From Faecousia sp. (lineage in GTDB: Bacteria; Bacillota; Clostridia; Oscillospirales; Oscillospiraceae): 36,764 nt of DNA. Location of the stretch: positions 1 through 36,764 of the forward strand of contig JAZNNV010000250.1 in assembly GCA_045580465.1 (NCBI GenBank). The letters run 5' to 3'. Below are positions 9,193 through 18,600 of the stretch, one piece after another. The notes beneath the pieces were generated by a model. It searched no databases and was not told where the DNA came from. It worked only from the letters and a program-made list of their open reading frames with translations. How positions within the stretch are numbered: the stretch's first letter is position 1; each line of letters starts with the position of its first letter. A program made the position numbers and the translations under genes.

Positions 9193-10392
9193 TTATTTGT
9201 AATAGGTCAGCAGCTGCTCCACATACCGATCCACAAATATGTACTGCATGCTGCGGCAGTTTTCGGCATAACGTGCCAGCCGCCGGCGATCATTCCACAG
9301 CTGTTCGATTTTCTGCTTCAGCTGCGCCAGATCGCCGCTTTCAAACAACTCGCCGGTCTCGCCCTCAACAATCAGCTCCGGAATACCGCCGATGTCCGCA
9401 CCCAGAACGGGTGTGCCGTACATCTGACTTTCCAAAACGGAAAACGGGCAGTTTTCATACCATTCCGAGGGACAGACGGAGAAGAGCGCTTCCCGGATCA
9501 GCCGTTCCAGCTCCTCGCCGGTCCGAAAGCCCATGTTCCGGACATTGGGTATGCCCTCCATGAGTCCTTCCAGCGGACCGCTGCCGGCAAATACAAACGG
9601 GATATGGGGCAGCTCTTTGGCTGCGCGCACCAGCGTTGCAATGCCCTTTTCCTGCGACAAGCGGCCAAAATAGAGCACATAGTCTTTCTTTTGGGTCTGC
9701 TTTTGCTCCACGGGATCCACAAAGTTGCACATAACAACGGTCTTGCTTGCCAGCACCGGGTCGGTATCCAGCTTGGACTTCATAAACTGAGAGGGGCAAA
9801 TGATCGTATCGATCATTTTGTAAACACCCTTCCAGCGCCAGAAGTAGCTCTCCATCGCGCCGAAAATGCTCTTGGCAACAGAGCCGTGGACGCACTTGCC
9901 CGTTACGCAGTGCAGATAGCTGCCGCCAATGCACTTTTCGCAGATCTCATGGGTATTGGGATTCAGGCACATATGATTGGGGCAGACCAGCTGCACATCG
10001 TGGGCTGTGTAAAGGACCTTGACCTTGTTGCCGGTCTGCTTCTCCCACTTGCGGATCTCCAGAATGATGCTGGGTGTCAGCTGATAGTTGAAGTTATTGA
10101 TATGGCAGACCTCAGGCCGGAAATCCTCCAGCACCGCGCGCAGCTTTCGGCGCGCCTCAGCAGAATAAACCGTTCTGAATGAGTAAGAGATCTTGGTAAA
10201 CAGACTCTTGCTGTGAAAATCCATATAGGAGGTATAGGCATTCACCCGGTTTCCCTTGATGCGGTCGGGATGCTCCATGCCGAAATACTGGACCTCATGT
10301 CCCTGAGACTGCAGAAAATCACCCAGTCTGAACGTATAGGTTTCCGCACCGCCCTTGGGATGCAGAAACTTATTGATCATCAAAATCCTCAT
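9193..10392 (-). CDS. Glycosyltransferase family 4
   Basis: MRILMINKF..GGAE, GRLSQEKG, PSEWYENCPFSVLESQMYGTPV, GGIPEL; internal Cys-rich segment. Confidence 0.93.
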   Translation of the reverse strand: MRILMINKFLHPKGGAETYTFRLGDFLQSQGHEVQYFGMEHPDRIKGNRVNAYTSYMDFHSKSLFTKISYSFRTVYSAEARRKLRAVLEDFRPEVCHINNFNYQLTPSIILEIRKWEKQTGNKVKVLYTAHDVQLVCPNHMCLNPNTHEICEKCIGGSYLHCVTGKCVHGSVAKSIFGAMESYFWRWKGVYKMIDTIICPSQFMKSKLDTDPVLASKTVVMCNFVDPVEQKQTQKKDYVLYFGRLSQEKGIATLVRAAKELPHIPFVFAGSGPLEGLMEGIPNVRNMGFRTGEELERLIREALFSVCPSEWYENCPFSVLESQMYGTPVLGADIGGIPELIVEGETGELFESGDLAQLKQKIEQLWNDRRRLARYAENCRSMQYIFVDRYVEQLLTYYK

Positions 10393-10411
10393 ACATGTCT
10401 CCTTGCGTTTT

Positions 10412-11503
10412 TTATTTCTTCACGGAACGGAAAAGCTCCAGTACCTGCGCTGCGACACGCCGCCACTCATACGCCGACAGATCGTATTGCCGTCGGGACG
10501 GTTGGGCAAGCTTTTTCGCCATTGCAGCAGAAAGTGCCGCTGCGTCACCGCAGGGAAAATAGTCCTGCGCCTGCAAGTCGATCAGTCTTGTTGCCGGGAT
10601 ATCGCTGACCAACAGATTTCTTTCATAGCTCATGGCCTCCAGCAGCACCAGCGGGAAGCCTTCATTTTCAGATGCCAGCACAAACAGCCCTGCGTTGGCA
10701 TAAAGCTGCGCCAGCTCCTCACCGAATACGTAGCCGGTGAATACCACGGGAAGGTCTTCGCTAAGCGATTGCAGCTGCTTCATGTAGTTGCTTTCAAATT
10801 CCACACCGCCGGCAATTACCAGCTTATAGCCGCTCAGCTTTTGCTGCCTGAAGGCTTCAATTAAGGTATGGAAGCCCTTTTCGGGTGTGATCCGTCCCAC
10901 GCTGAGGATGTATTTCCCCTGCTCCAGTCCGTGCTTTTCCAGATATTCCCGTCCGGCAGGACATTCAGGCAGCCGGATGCCATTGGGAATGTATACCGAC
11001 TTCTCCTGAATTTCCGGGGGATACTTTTCCATTTGGAACCGATTGACAAACACGATCCGGTCCGCGTATTTCAGCGCCACGCGTTCGCAAAAACGCAGCA
11101 GCTTTTGCGCCCCGCGTCCCCACTTTTTGTGTTCATAATTCGCGCTGTGGTAGGTCAGCACAACGGGAATGCCGCACCACTTCAGCAGCGGCGCAAACAG
11201 ACACGGACCGATATTATGAATATGTACCGCAGCCGGGCGCAGGAAGATCGCACGCACACAGGCAAGGAAGGAATGCAGCACCGCTTCCACGCCCTTGATC
11301 CTTGTGGAAGGCAGATCCAGAAATGTCACACCTTTGTATTCCTTCGGGCTTCCCTTGACATAAGGCTTCCTTCGAAAAACCGTGACCTGCACATCCTCAT
11401 GCTCCGCGATCAACGGATATATGGATTCACAATGCTTTTCAACGCCGCCCTCCACCAGAGGAAAGCCGCGCGTTCCGATGACACATATTTTCATATTACT
11501 CAC
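10412..11503 (-). CDS. Glycosyltransferase family 4, probably adding the second sugar
   Basis: IGTRGFP..GGVEKH, VGRITPEKG, SENEGFPLVLLEAMS; ATGA overlap with the priming transferase. Confidence 0.93.
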   Translation of the reverse strand: MSNMKICVIGTRGFPLVEGGVEKHCESIYPLIAEHEDVQVTVFRRKPYVKGSPKEYKGVTFLDLPSTRIKGVEAVLHSFLACVRAIFLRPAAVHIHNIGPCLFAPLLKWCGIPVVLTYHSANYEHKKWGRGAQKLLRFCERVALKYADRIVFVNRFQMEKYPPEIQEKSVYIPNGIRLPECPAGREYLEKHGLEQGKYILSVGRITPEKGFHTLIEAFRQQKLSGYKLVIAGGVEFESNYMKQLQSLSEDLPVVFTGYVFGEELAQLYANAGLFVLASENEGFPLVLLEAMSYERNLLVSDIPATRLIDLQAQDYFPCGDAAALSAAMAKKLAQPSRRQYDLSAYEWRRVAAQVLELFRSVKK

Positions 11504-12186
11504 ATACCGTCCATACCGACCACAGCACCTATGGTCTTAAAAATGATTTTCCAGTCCGTCAGGAAGCTGCGCTCAGCCAGATACTTCGCATCCAGCTCCA
11601 TCCATTCCTGGAACGACAGATCATTTCTGCCGTGCTGCACCTGCCAGAAGCAGGTAAGTCCGGGTATGACCCACAGACGCTGCTGCGCGAATTCATCATA
11701 CTGCTCCACCTCGCGGGGAAGGGCAGGACGTGGTCCAACGATGCTCATATCACCCTTCAAAATATTCCAAAGCTGAGGCAACTCGTCAATGCTGGATCTT
11801 CTGATAAACCGACCGACCCGGGTGATGCGGGGATCATCCTTGATCTTGAACACCGGTCCGTCCATTTCGTTATACTTCAGCAGCTCTGCCAAACGGCGCT
11901 CCGCATCTGGGTACATGGAGCGGAATTTATAGAACTTGAACTCCCTGCCGTCCTGACCGACACGGATCTGGGAGAAAATGGGACTTGCGCCGGGGCTGTC
12001 GATCACGATGATCAGTGCCAAAAGGAGGAACACCGGCGCAAGGACGATCAATGCCAGCGCCGACAGGATCACATCCTGCACGCGCTTAAAAAATAGATAT
12101 GAACCACGATCCTTCAGGATTTTCTCGCGGTCAAGCAGTGCGGGATTTTGCTGTGTCGGCGCTTCTTTTGTTTCTGTCGCGTTCAT
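11500..12186 (-). CDS. Priming undecaprenyl-phosphate sugar phosphotransferase (Bac_transf; CpsE/WcaJ catalytic type)
   Basis: KRVQDV, FYKFRSM, DDPRITRVGRFIRRSSIDELPQLWNILKGDMSIVGPRP, PGLTCFWQV. Start placed at ATG 12186 behind AAGGGGA. Confidence 0.95.
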   Translation of the reverse strand: MNATETKEAPTQQNPALLDREKILKDRGSYLFFKRVQDVILSALALIVLAPVFLLLALIIVIDSPGASPIFSQIRVGQDGREFKFYKFRSMYPDAERRLAELLKYNEMDGPVFKIKDDPRITRVGRFIRRSSIDELPQLWNILKGDMSIVGPRPALPREVEQYDEFAQQRLWVIPGLTCFWQVQHGRNDLSFQEWMELDAKYLAERSFLTDWKIIFKTIGAVVGMDGM

Positions 12187-12271
12187 TGCTTCTGCATCCC
12201 CTTTGCGTTTTTCTGATCTTTTGCACGTATTTTCAGTCACTTTTCCGATATGACCCCAGTATCGTCATTTT

Positions 12272-12300
12272 ATATTAACATATTGCACATTTTTTTGCAA
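12272..12300 (-). promoter_or_regulatory. Sigma-A-type promoter of the polysaccharide operon
   Basis: Minus strand TTGCAA (12300-12295), 17-nt spacer, TAATAT (12277-12272), with an extended TG, in an AT-rich intergenic region. Confidence 0.6.
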
Positions 12301-12344
12301 GAAGAATAACGCATTGTTATGGATTTTTCCAATTTCTTCCACAA

Positions 12345-12385
12345 AGCAAAAACACCCCCGCAAACGGCGATCCGTTTACGGGGGT
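12345..12385 (-). terminator. Rho-independent terminator closing the fibre operon
   Basis: Stem ACCCCCGcAAACGG-cgat-CCGTTTaCGGGGGT (12354-12385), followed on the minus strand by GTTTTTGCTTT. Confidence 0.8.
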
Positions 12386-12402
12386 AAAAATTCATTTCTG
12401 AC

Positions 12403-13098
12403 TCAGGATACTCCGTCCTGATCCTCGCGGCACAACTCCGACACATGCCCCTGCTTTTTGCACTTTACATTCTGTTCGCTTTGCGTAAGTTCCTCAATAT
12501 TCTTTCTCCTGCGCAGGAAATACAGCAGGAAAAAGAGGCTGTCACAAACCGGCAGCAAAATGGCAAGTGCCCTGATTACCCAGTCTCCATCCATAAAATA
12601 GGCAGGGATCGTCGCCACATCCCCAAGGAATTTCGCAATAAAAATCGCCAGCGTCATGCCATTCATCGGATAATCTTTTCTTCTGCTGACAAAAACAAGC
12701 CACGCAACGACCCCGGTGAATGTGTTGAGATAGGTGAAGAAAAACATTCCCCTGTGGATGACGACACAACAAAACGTGGGTATCATCACCATAACAAACA
12801 ATGCTATACCCATGGCAACCCATTTTGTGGGAGTGATTTGCTTTTTAATTGCTACGCCGATTATCACCATTTCAATGGCACACCAATAGGCATAGGCAAT
12901 GGACACATAGTCCCAGCAGAAGCTGCTGCGATCGATCAAAGAAAGCAACACGGAAAATTCCACAGGAGCAATGATCGCCTGCGTTACAGGAGGGATCAAA
13001 GGGAAGCGGTACTTGACCGTGCCGATCAGCACAAGTGTATAGGTTATGATCCAAAATATGCTCAGCAAAACATCGAAAAACAGCTGAAAATCACTCAT
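12403..13098 (-). CDS. Polytopic membrane protein resembling PaxB/Pyr4/XiaH-type transmembrane terpene cyclases
   Basis: About 7 TM helices; W16-x3-Y20, IP, VE47F, W72-x3-E76, TLAIFIAKFLG and D186 match the remembered PaxB-like pattern (WxxxY, MP, WE, WxxxD, SLxIAxxKxxG, D). Overlaps the Lgt-like gene by 8 nt. Confidence 0.55.
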   Translation of the reverse strand: MSDFQLFFDVLLSIFWIITYTLVLIGTVKYRFPLIPPVTQAIIAPVEFSVLLSLIDRSSFCWDYVSIAYAYWCAIEMVIIGVAIKKQITPTKWVAMGIALFVMVMIPTFCCVVIHRGMFFFTYLNTFTGVVAWLVFVSRRKDYPMNGMTLAIFIAKFLGDVATIPAYFMDGDWVIRALAILLPVCDSLFFLLYFLRRRKNIEELTQSEQNVKCKKQGHVSELCREDQDGVS

Positions 13099-13762
13099 GT
13101 CCGTCTGTTGCTGTTTTCCCTTTTTTACAAATCCATGCCAGCCATACCGCGCCGGCGATCATTGCCACCAACGACCAGATATTGCCAATGGGAAGCGGCA
13201 ACACCAGATCATGCCACACATCCCGGCAGAGATTCAACACGAATCGCGTGCTTCCGTAGAGCAAAAGGTACCATGCATAGAGCTTTTGCTCCTGCTTTTT
13301 CTTCAGCGCCCAGGAAAGCAGGATCGCAAACAGAACCAACGCAACCAGCAGCTCCACTTCTCTGCTGGGGAATCTGACTGCTTCACCGGTGGCTGTCGTG
13401 AACAGCACCATACCCATACAGCATTCGCCGGTCAGGCATGCCACCTTCATCAGCGCCAGCATGATGCATTCGCCAATGGCACACAGATCCATCAGCTTGC
13501 CATAGGGCATACGCAGGATCCGTGCCGCCAAAAGGAACACGATCGGTACCAGAAAAACTGCGCCGTAGAAGGACAGACCTGAAAAGTCTCCGTTTTCCAG
13601 AAAATACAGCAGTTTTGTTCCCAACGTACCTGTTACCGTCAGCAGGATGGTCGCGATCAGCGCCTTTACAACAGACAGCTGATAGCGTTTTGCGGCAAAA
13701 GCAATGGGGATGCCCATCAAAACTGTGCCAATCGCTAAGAAAAAAATCAAAGTTGGTGACAT
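13091..13762 (-). CDS. Prolipoprotein diacylglyceryl transferase (Lgt)-like membrane protein with divergent motifs
   Basis: GLSFYGAV, KVACLTGECCMG, FPSREVE and YGSTRFVLNLCRD parallel the Lgt motifs. Start moved to ATG 13762 (RBS AAGGAGG). Confidence 0.75.
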   Translation of the reverse strand: MSPTLIFFLAIGTVLMGIPIAFAAKRYQLSVVKALIATILLTVTGTLGTKLLYFLENGDFSGLSFYGAVFLVPIVFLLAARILRMPYGKLMDLCAIGECIMLALMKVACLTGECCMGMVLFTTATGEAVRFPSREVELLVALVLFAILLSWALKKKQEQKLYAWYLLLYGSTRFVLNLCRDVWHDLVLPLPIGNIWSLVAMIAGAVWLAWICKKGKTATDGHE

Positions 13763-13834
13763 AAAGTATTCCTCCTTCCCTGCCCCTTTTGCCGGGATGT
13801 CAAGCAAAGGACATCTCAAAAAATACATGCCTGT

Positions 13835-15529
13835 TCAGGACTCCTCGTCCTCGTAGCTCATATCCGGGACATAACCCTTCTTCAGCTTCTGCTTGAAGTT
13901 GACGCGGATCACAACACCGACCACAACCGCACAGGTCACCATGACCGCCACCAGAATAATGGTCAGCTGTCCGATGTTGATGCCCAGCGAGGACTTTGTA
14001 CCCGTGATGATATAATCGATCCCACCCGTCTGCTGCAGATCGGGATACTCATTTTTCATGGAATCCGGAATGATCACATCGCTGACCGGGGGCGGGCTGT
14101 TCTGCTCCACCTTCTGGGGCACATTGATGCCGATCAGATACTGCACACCGGATTCCACCTGAGCCAGATAGAAGTGCGCCATACCCTTATCGTCGATCAT
14201 CACCGCCTGCCTGCGCTGATAACCGTCCTTGTCCGGAGAGAAGAACACCGCGCTCTGGCGGTTGTAGGCTCTGCCGATGGGCAGCTCCACCTCGACCTTG
14301 AAATCCAGAATGCCATGGAATTCCAGAGAGTAGCCATTGCGACCCTGCAGCGCATCTGCCTGCTTCTCATCGAAGCTGGTCAGCTGCTTCAGGGTGTACG
14401 AAAGATCGTACTTCTCAGCCAGCTCTTTGTCCATAAGATCCGTGCCGTTGACGTGCCACTTCGTTCCCTGATTGGTCTGGACGATCAGATGCACATTTTT
14501 GCCGGCAACGCGGTTCAGATCGTCGCCTGTCACCTGTGCATCTCCCTTGAGGTACACATTGACCGTCACGGAATCCGCCGCATTCAAGCCGGTGGTGATC
14601 TTATCCTCCACGCTCTGCCAGCCGTCCTTGTTTTCCAGCACCGCATCGATCACAGCAGTTACCTGCTTGCCGGAATCGGTGGTGGTAGAGGTGATCTGGG
14701 TGCTGACCGAGCTGTTTTTGTTTTCAGTAACGGTGGTAGTGTTGACGATCGTTTCGCCGTCCTTTTGTGTTGTTACCGTAGAGGTGTGGGTCTCCTGACC
14801 TACATGACCGTAAACCGGCTTTTCCACAATGCACTCATGAAACGCCTGAAAGCCCACTTCTTCAATGGTCGGCGCCATGGTCACAAGAGACAGTCTCTCG
14901 CAGTTATAAAAGGTCCAGTCGGGCAGTGCGGCAAGCTTTGCCAGCACCGTCGCATTTTGCAGGGAAAGACAGTGGGCGAAAACAGAGCGCTCCATCGTCA
15001 CCACGCTGGCGGGGATCGTCACGCTGACCAGCTTTTCGCAGGCATAAAACGCGCGATATTGCAGCTCGATCAGAGTGTCCGGGAGGCGTATGCCGGTCAA
15101 GGCGTGGCAGCGTTCAAAGGCGCTGCGCTTGATGATCTCCACACCGGGCATCTGCAGCATTTTGAGGGACGTACATCCGGCAAATGCCCACTGACCGATG
15201 CTCTTTACGGAGCTTGCCAATGTCACCGCTGTGATCTGATCCATCTGCAGGAACGCGCAATCGCCGACCGAGGTAACACCCTCCTCAACGATCACCGCGC
15301 AGATTGTTTCCTTCTGCTCCTGCCACGGGGCGGGCGCAAGCTCAGAGTACTCCGTCATTGCGCCGGAGCCGGAAATGGTCAACACGCCGCCAACCACTTC
15401 CCAGTTGACACCTTTTCCGCAGGTGCCGGATGCGGCAGAGACGGTAGGTATCAGGGGCAGAAGCAGCAGCATGCAAAGGACGAGTGCCATCAGCCGCGCG
15501 ATATTCTGTTTGATTCTCTTCAGGCTCAT
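13835..15529 (-). CDS. BspA-type leucine-rich-repeat (LRR_5) surface protein with a C-terminal membrane anchor
   Basis: Signal peptide (VSA|AS), SGTCG...VLTISGSGAM cap, repeats of the form IG..AF..C..L..V.IP, a Thr-rich linker, and a C-terminal TM helix followed by KQKLKK. RBS AAGGAGG. Confidence 0.9.
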   Translation of the reverse strand: MSLKRIKQNIARLMALVLCMLLLLPLIPTVSAASGTCGKGVNWEVVGGVLTISGSGAMTEYSELAPAPWQEQKETICAVIVEEGVTSVGDCAFLQMDQITAVTLASSVKSIGQWAFAGCTSLKMLQMPGVEIIKRSAFERCHALTGIRLPDTLIELQYRAFYACEKLVSVTIPASVVTMERSVFAHCLSLQNATVLAKLAALPDWTFYNCERLSLVTMAPTIEEVGFQAFHECIVEKPVYGHVGQETHTSTVTTQKDGETIVNTTTVTENKNSSVSTQITSTTTDSGKQVTAVIDAVLENKDGWQSVEDKITTGLNAADSVTVNVYLKGDAQVTGDDLNRVAGKNVHLIVQTNQGTKWHVNGTDLMDKELAEKYDLSYTLKQLTSFDEKQADALQGRNGYSLEFHGILDFKVEVELPIGRAYNRQSAVFFSPDKDGYQRRQAVMIDDKGMAHFYLAQVESGVQYLIGINVPQKVEQNSPPPVSDVIIPDSMKNEYPDLQQTGGIDYIITGTKSSLGINIGQLTIILVAVMVTCAVVVGVVIRVNFKQKLKKGYVPDMSYEDEES

Positions 15530-15584
15530 GGAAATCCTCCTTGCAAATGTGTGCTTCTTTTGCGGTAGTTACTGTGCTTTTAAG

Positions 15585-15615
15585 GTCTGCCCCTCCCCGA
15601 AAGAGAGGGGCAGAC
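15585..15615. other. GC-rich stem-loop downstream of the 1764-aa gene, lacking a U-tract
   Basis: GTCTGCCCCTC, 9-nt loop, GAGGGGCAGAC (perfect 11-bp stem); on the minus strand it is followed by CTTAAAAG. Confidence 0.7.
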
Positions 15616-15641
15616 TGATTTCAGTTTTGCTTTGCAGATTG

Positions 15642-18600
15642 TTACTGATAATTCGCAAAGAGCGCAGCGTCCTTGGTCATGTTGGTACCAGGTGTGTCCG
15701 TTGCTGCGTTTGCGGTAGCAGGGACTGCCAGCTTCGGCGAAGTCAGCGCAGAATTTTCCGCATTGCCGACCGTACCGAGCAGCTTACGGGTCATATCAGG
15801 AGCCGTCTCTGTCTTCGTCACCTTCGTTTCAGCGACGTAACCGTACAGATACTTGTAGCTTGTCTGTTCGGTCGTCTTGACGTAGCGTTCTGTGCCTATA
15901 TTGACGACTCTTGCCGTTGCTGTCAGGATGCCCTGACCCTCAACGGTGACCGTTTTGCCGGCATTGTAGTACTTGCCGTTGATCAGCCACTGGGTGATCT
16001 GCTTATCCTGCTCGTAAATGTCCGTTTCCGCTGTGATGTGACTTTCAAACTTGGTCCAGTTGTAGTACTGGTAGGTATAGTAGGTCGTACTGCTGCAAGT
16101 ACTCTTCACCGTCCATGTTGTGTAGGAGTACAGTCTTGTATCGGCTCCGTTCACTTCATTGAGCGTTTCAACAGGCGTATATGCAGACCATGTACCGTCC
16201 TTCGGCTTCTCGATTGTTGCGGTCCACGACATCACCTCAGGCAGAGTTACTGTAACGGCAGAGCCTTCGCCCAGAACCTGTCCGGGGACAGCAATCGAGC
16301 CACTGTAATCCGCGGGAACACCTGCAAAGACCAGTGCGGTGGGAGACAGCGGCTGGTCGATGGTCACCGTATCGGTCAGCTCGATCTCATAGGTGACTGT
16401 TCCGAAGGTCACAGAGATCTTGTTCTGCTTCATCAGACCTGCGGGATAGCATTCGGGGTACTTATCAACGCCAAACCAACCGCGCTCACCGTTGACTGCT
16501 CTACCGACGGATGCGGTTGCAGTGCCGTTTGCAAAGTTAAAGGTGGAGTTTGCGGAATCCGTATTCGGCGAGGTAAATACCATGGTTGCAGTGGCGTTAC
16601 TGGGAATGCCCGTCACCTTCAGGGTCACATTGGGTGCGTATGCCTCTGCAGCCTCCTGATCGTAGCCACCACCGCTGACCGGTGTATGGATATAGACCGT
16701 TGCCTTGAACTTGGTGTATTTGAAGAAGTCACCTGTCATAGCCTGCGTTGCACTTGTAGGCTTCTTAACAGTATAGACACGCTTCTGCGTACCGGGCTTC
16801 GGATCGGTGCCGGTAACCTCAACGGTGGGCTTATCCCATGTCACCTTTACATTGGGCAGGCTGGAAATGGTATATTCCTTGCCATCCAGTGTAATCTTCA
16901 ACTGAGTCTGCTGGTTCAGCTTCCAAATGCCGTCCACCGTGAAGGGATCGACCTGCAGTAACAGAGTATCGTTCTGTGCACCAAACACTCCATTGCCGGA
17001 AATATTCACGGATGCGGGAATACCGTTTGTCTTGGCAGTGTTCACGTTCCACGTGTAAGAGCCTGTGGCGCTGATATCCAGCTGAATGCCTGCCTGAGCC
17101 GCATACTCCGCAATATTCTTACCGTCATATGCGGTGAAGGTAACCTTCAGTGCAGCGCTGGGAAGCTTGAACTCCTTGCCGATGGTGCCGGAGCCCAGAT
17201 CAAAGATCTGGTTCTTATTCGCATCCTCGACAGCGCCGGTGATCTCCAGATTGATCGTTGCCTCTGTGATAAACTTGACCGTCATGTTCGAATTGGCAGC
17301 CTTCATCATGGGCATCAGATCCAGCCATGTAGTCTCGTCCTCGTCCGAGCCGGCATAGAAGACATCGTCATAGAAGACCGTGCCTGCCTTGACTCCAACG
17401 ATAGTCCACTCACCGTCGCCGTTCACTGTGTTGCTGCGCGCCATATTGACGGGCATGGTAAAGTTGAAGGTTGTGATGCCATCCGCAGCACTCTGAGATC
17501 TGGAGGTCGGTGTCAGCGTATAGATGTTACCGTCTTCATCCTTTACATCCAGCAACAGCTTTGCTGCAGCCGCGTTCTTCAGGCTCAGGGAAATGATGCG
17601 CTCGCCGCCGATATCAACGATCAGACCGTTGTCGGGCAGACCGGTTCCGACGTATTCCATGGGATCGGCAGGAATCGAGGTGATTCCGTGTGCCATGGAA
17701 GCCTGCGTGATGTAGCCCATATCCTCCAGATGGATAAAGCTGAAATTGAATACGCCGTGACCGCTGAAGTCCAGTCGCTCAACATATTCCTTTCCATTCC
17801 ACTCTATGGGTGTACTCAAGGCATTGACTGTCGTGCCCTGACCATAGTAAAGGGTCAGACCATCCAGTCCTTCAACCGGCTGGTTATTGTCATCATGGAT
17901 AACACAAACAATGTCGAAATACAGCGGCTTTTCACCGTTGTAGATGAAGGAATAGCCAATACCGGGTGTAAACTCCAGCTGGCTGAGGATGCGTTCCTGC
18001 TCCTCCTGGGTCACGCTGTCGTCGAAGACGGGCGAGGACAGACGAACCTCCGCACGTAAGCCAAGCTTGACATCGATGGTTTTATATTTTTCAGGAGAAA
18101 GTGCCGTCAGGGTTCCATCGATGTACAAATAGGTCATCTTATAGATGCCGGTGTTTTTGAAGTTTGCTTCGCCGGTATAGCTGATGCCGTTGGTATGCTT
18201 GAAATTGACCGTCACGCTCTTGCCGTTGTCACCAAGGAAAACGCCCTGAACGGTATGCACCTGACCGTCATCGCTGCCCAACTCCAGGTTCATGACCTGC
18301 GTGTAGGCGGTATCTGCCGTTAAGTGTGTCTTTGTGATGGCTGCATTACCGGGCTCCCATTCCAACTTGGAGACGTTCATGCCGGGTGCTGTGACGTAGA
18401 CAATATTCTCTTCACCCAGCGGGTAGTCCACGCCGTCGATCTGGATGCTTCGCAGCTGATAGTTACCGGCTGCCTCAAACGGAACCATCGCCTCGTAGTA
18501 ACCGTTTTGCGGATTTCTGATCAATTCAAACTCAGCTTGCTTTGCACCCTGCGTTGCATTGATAACGGAAAGGAAGTTGCCAACGACCTTCGTCGGCTTC

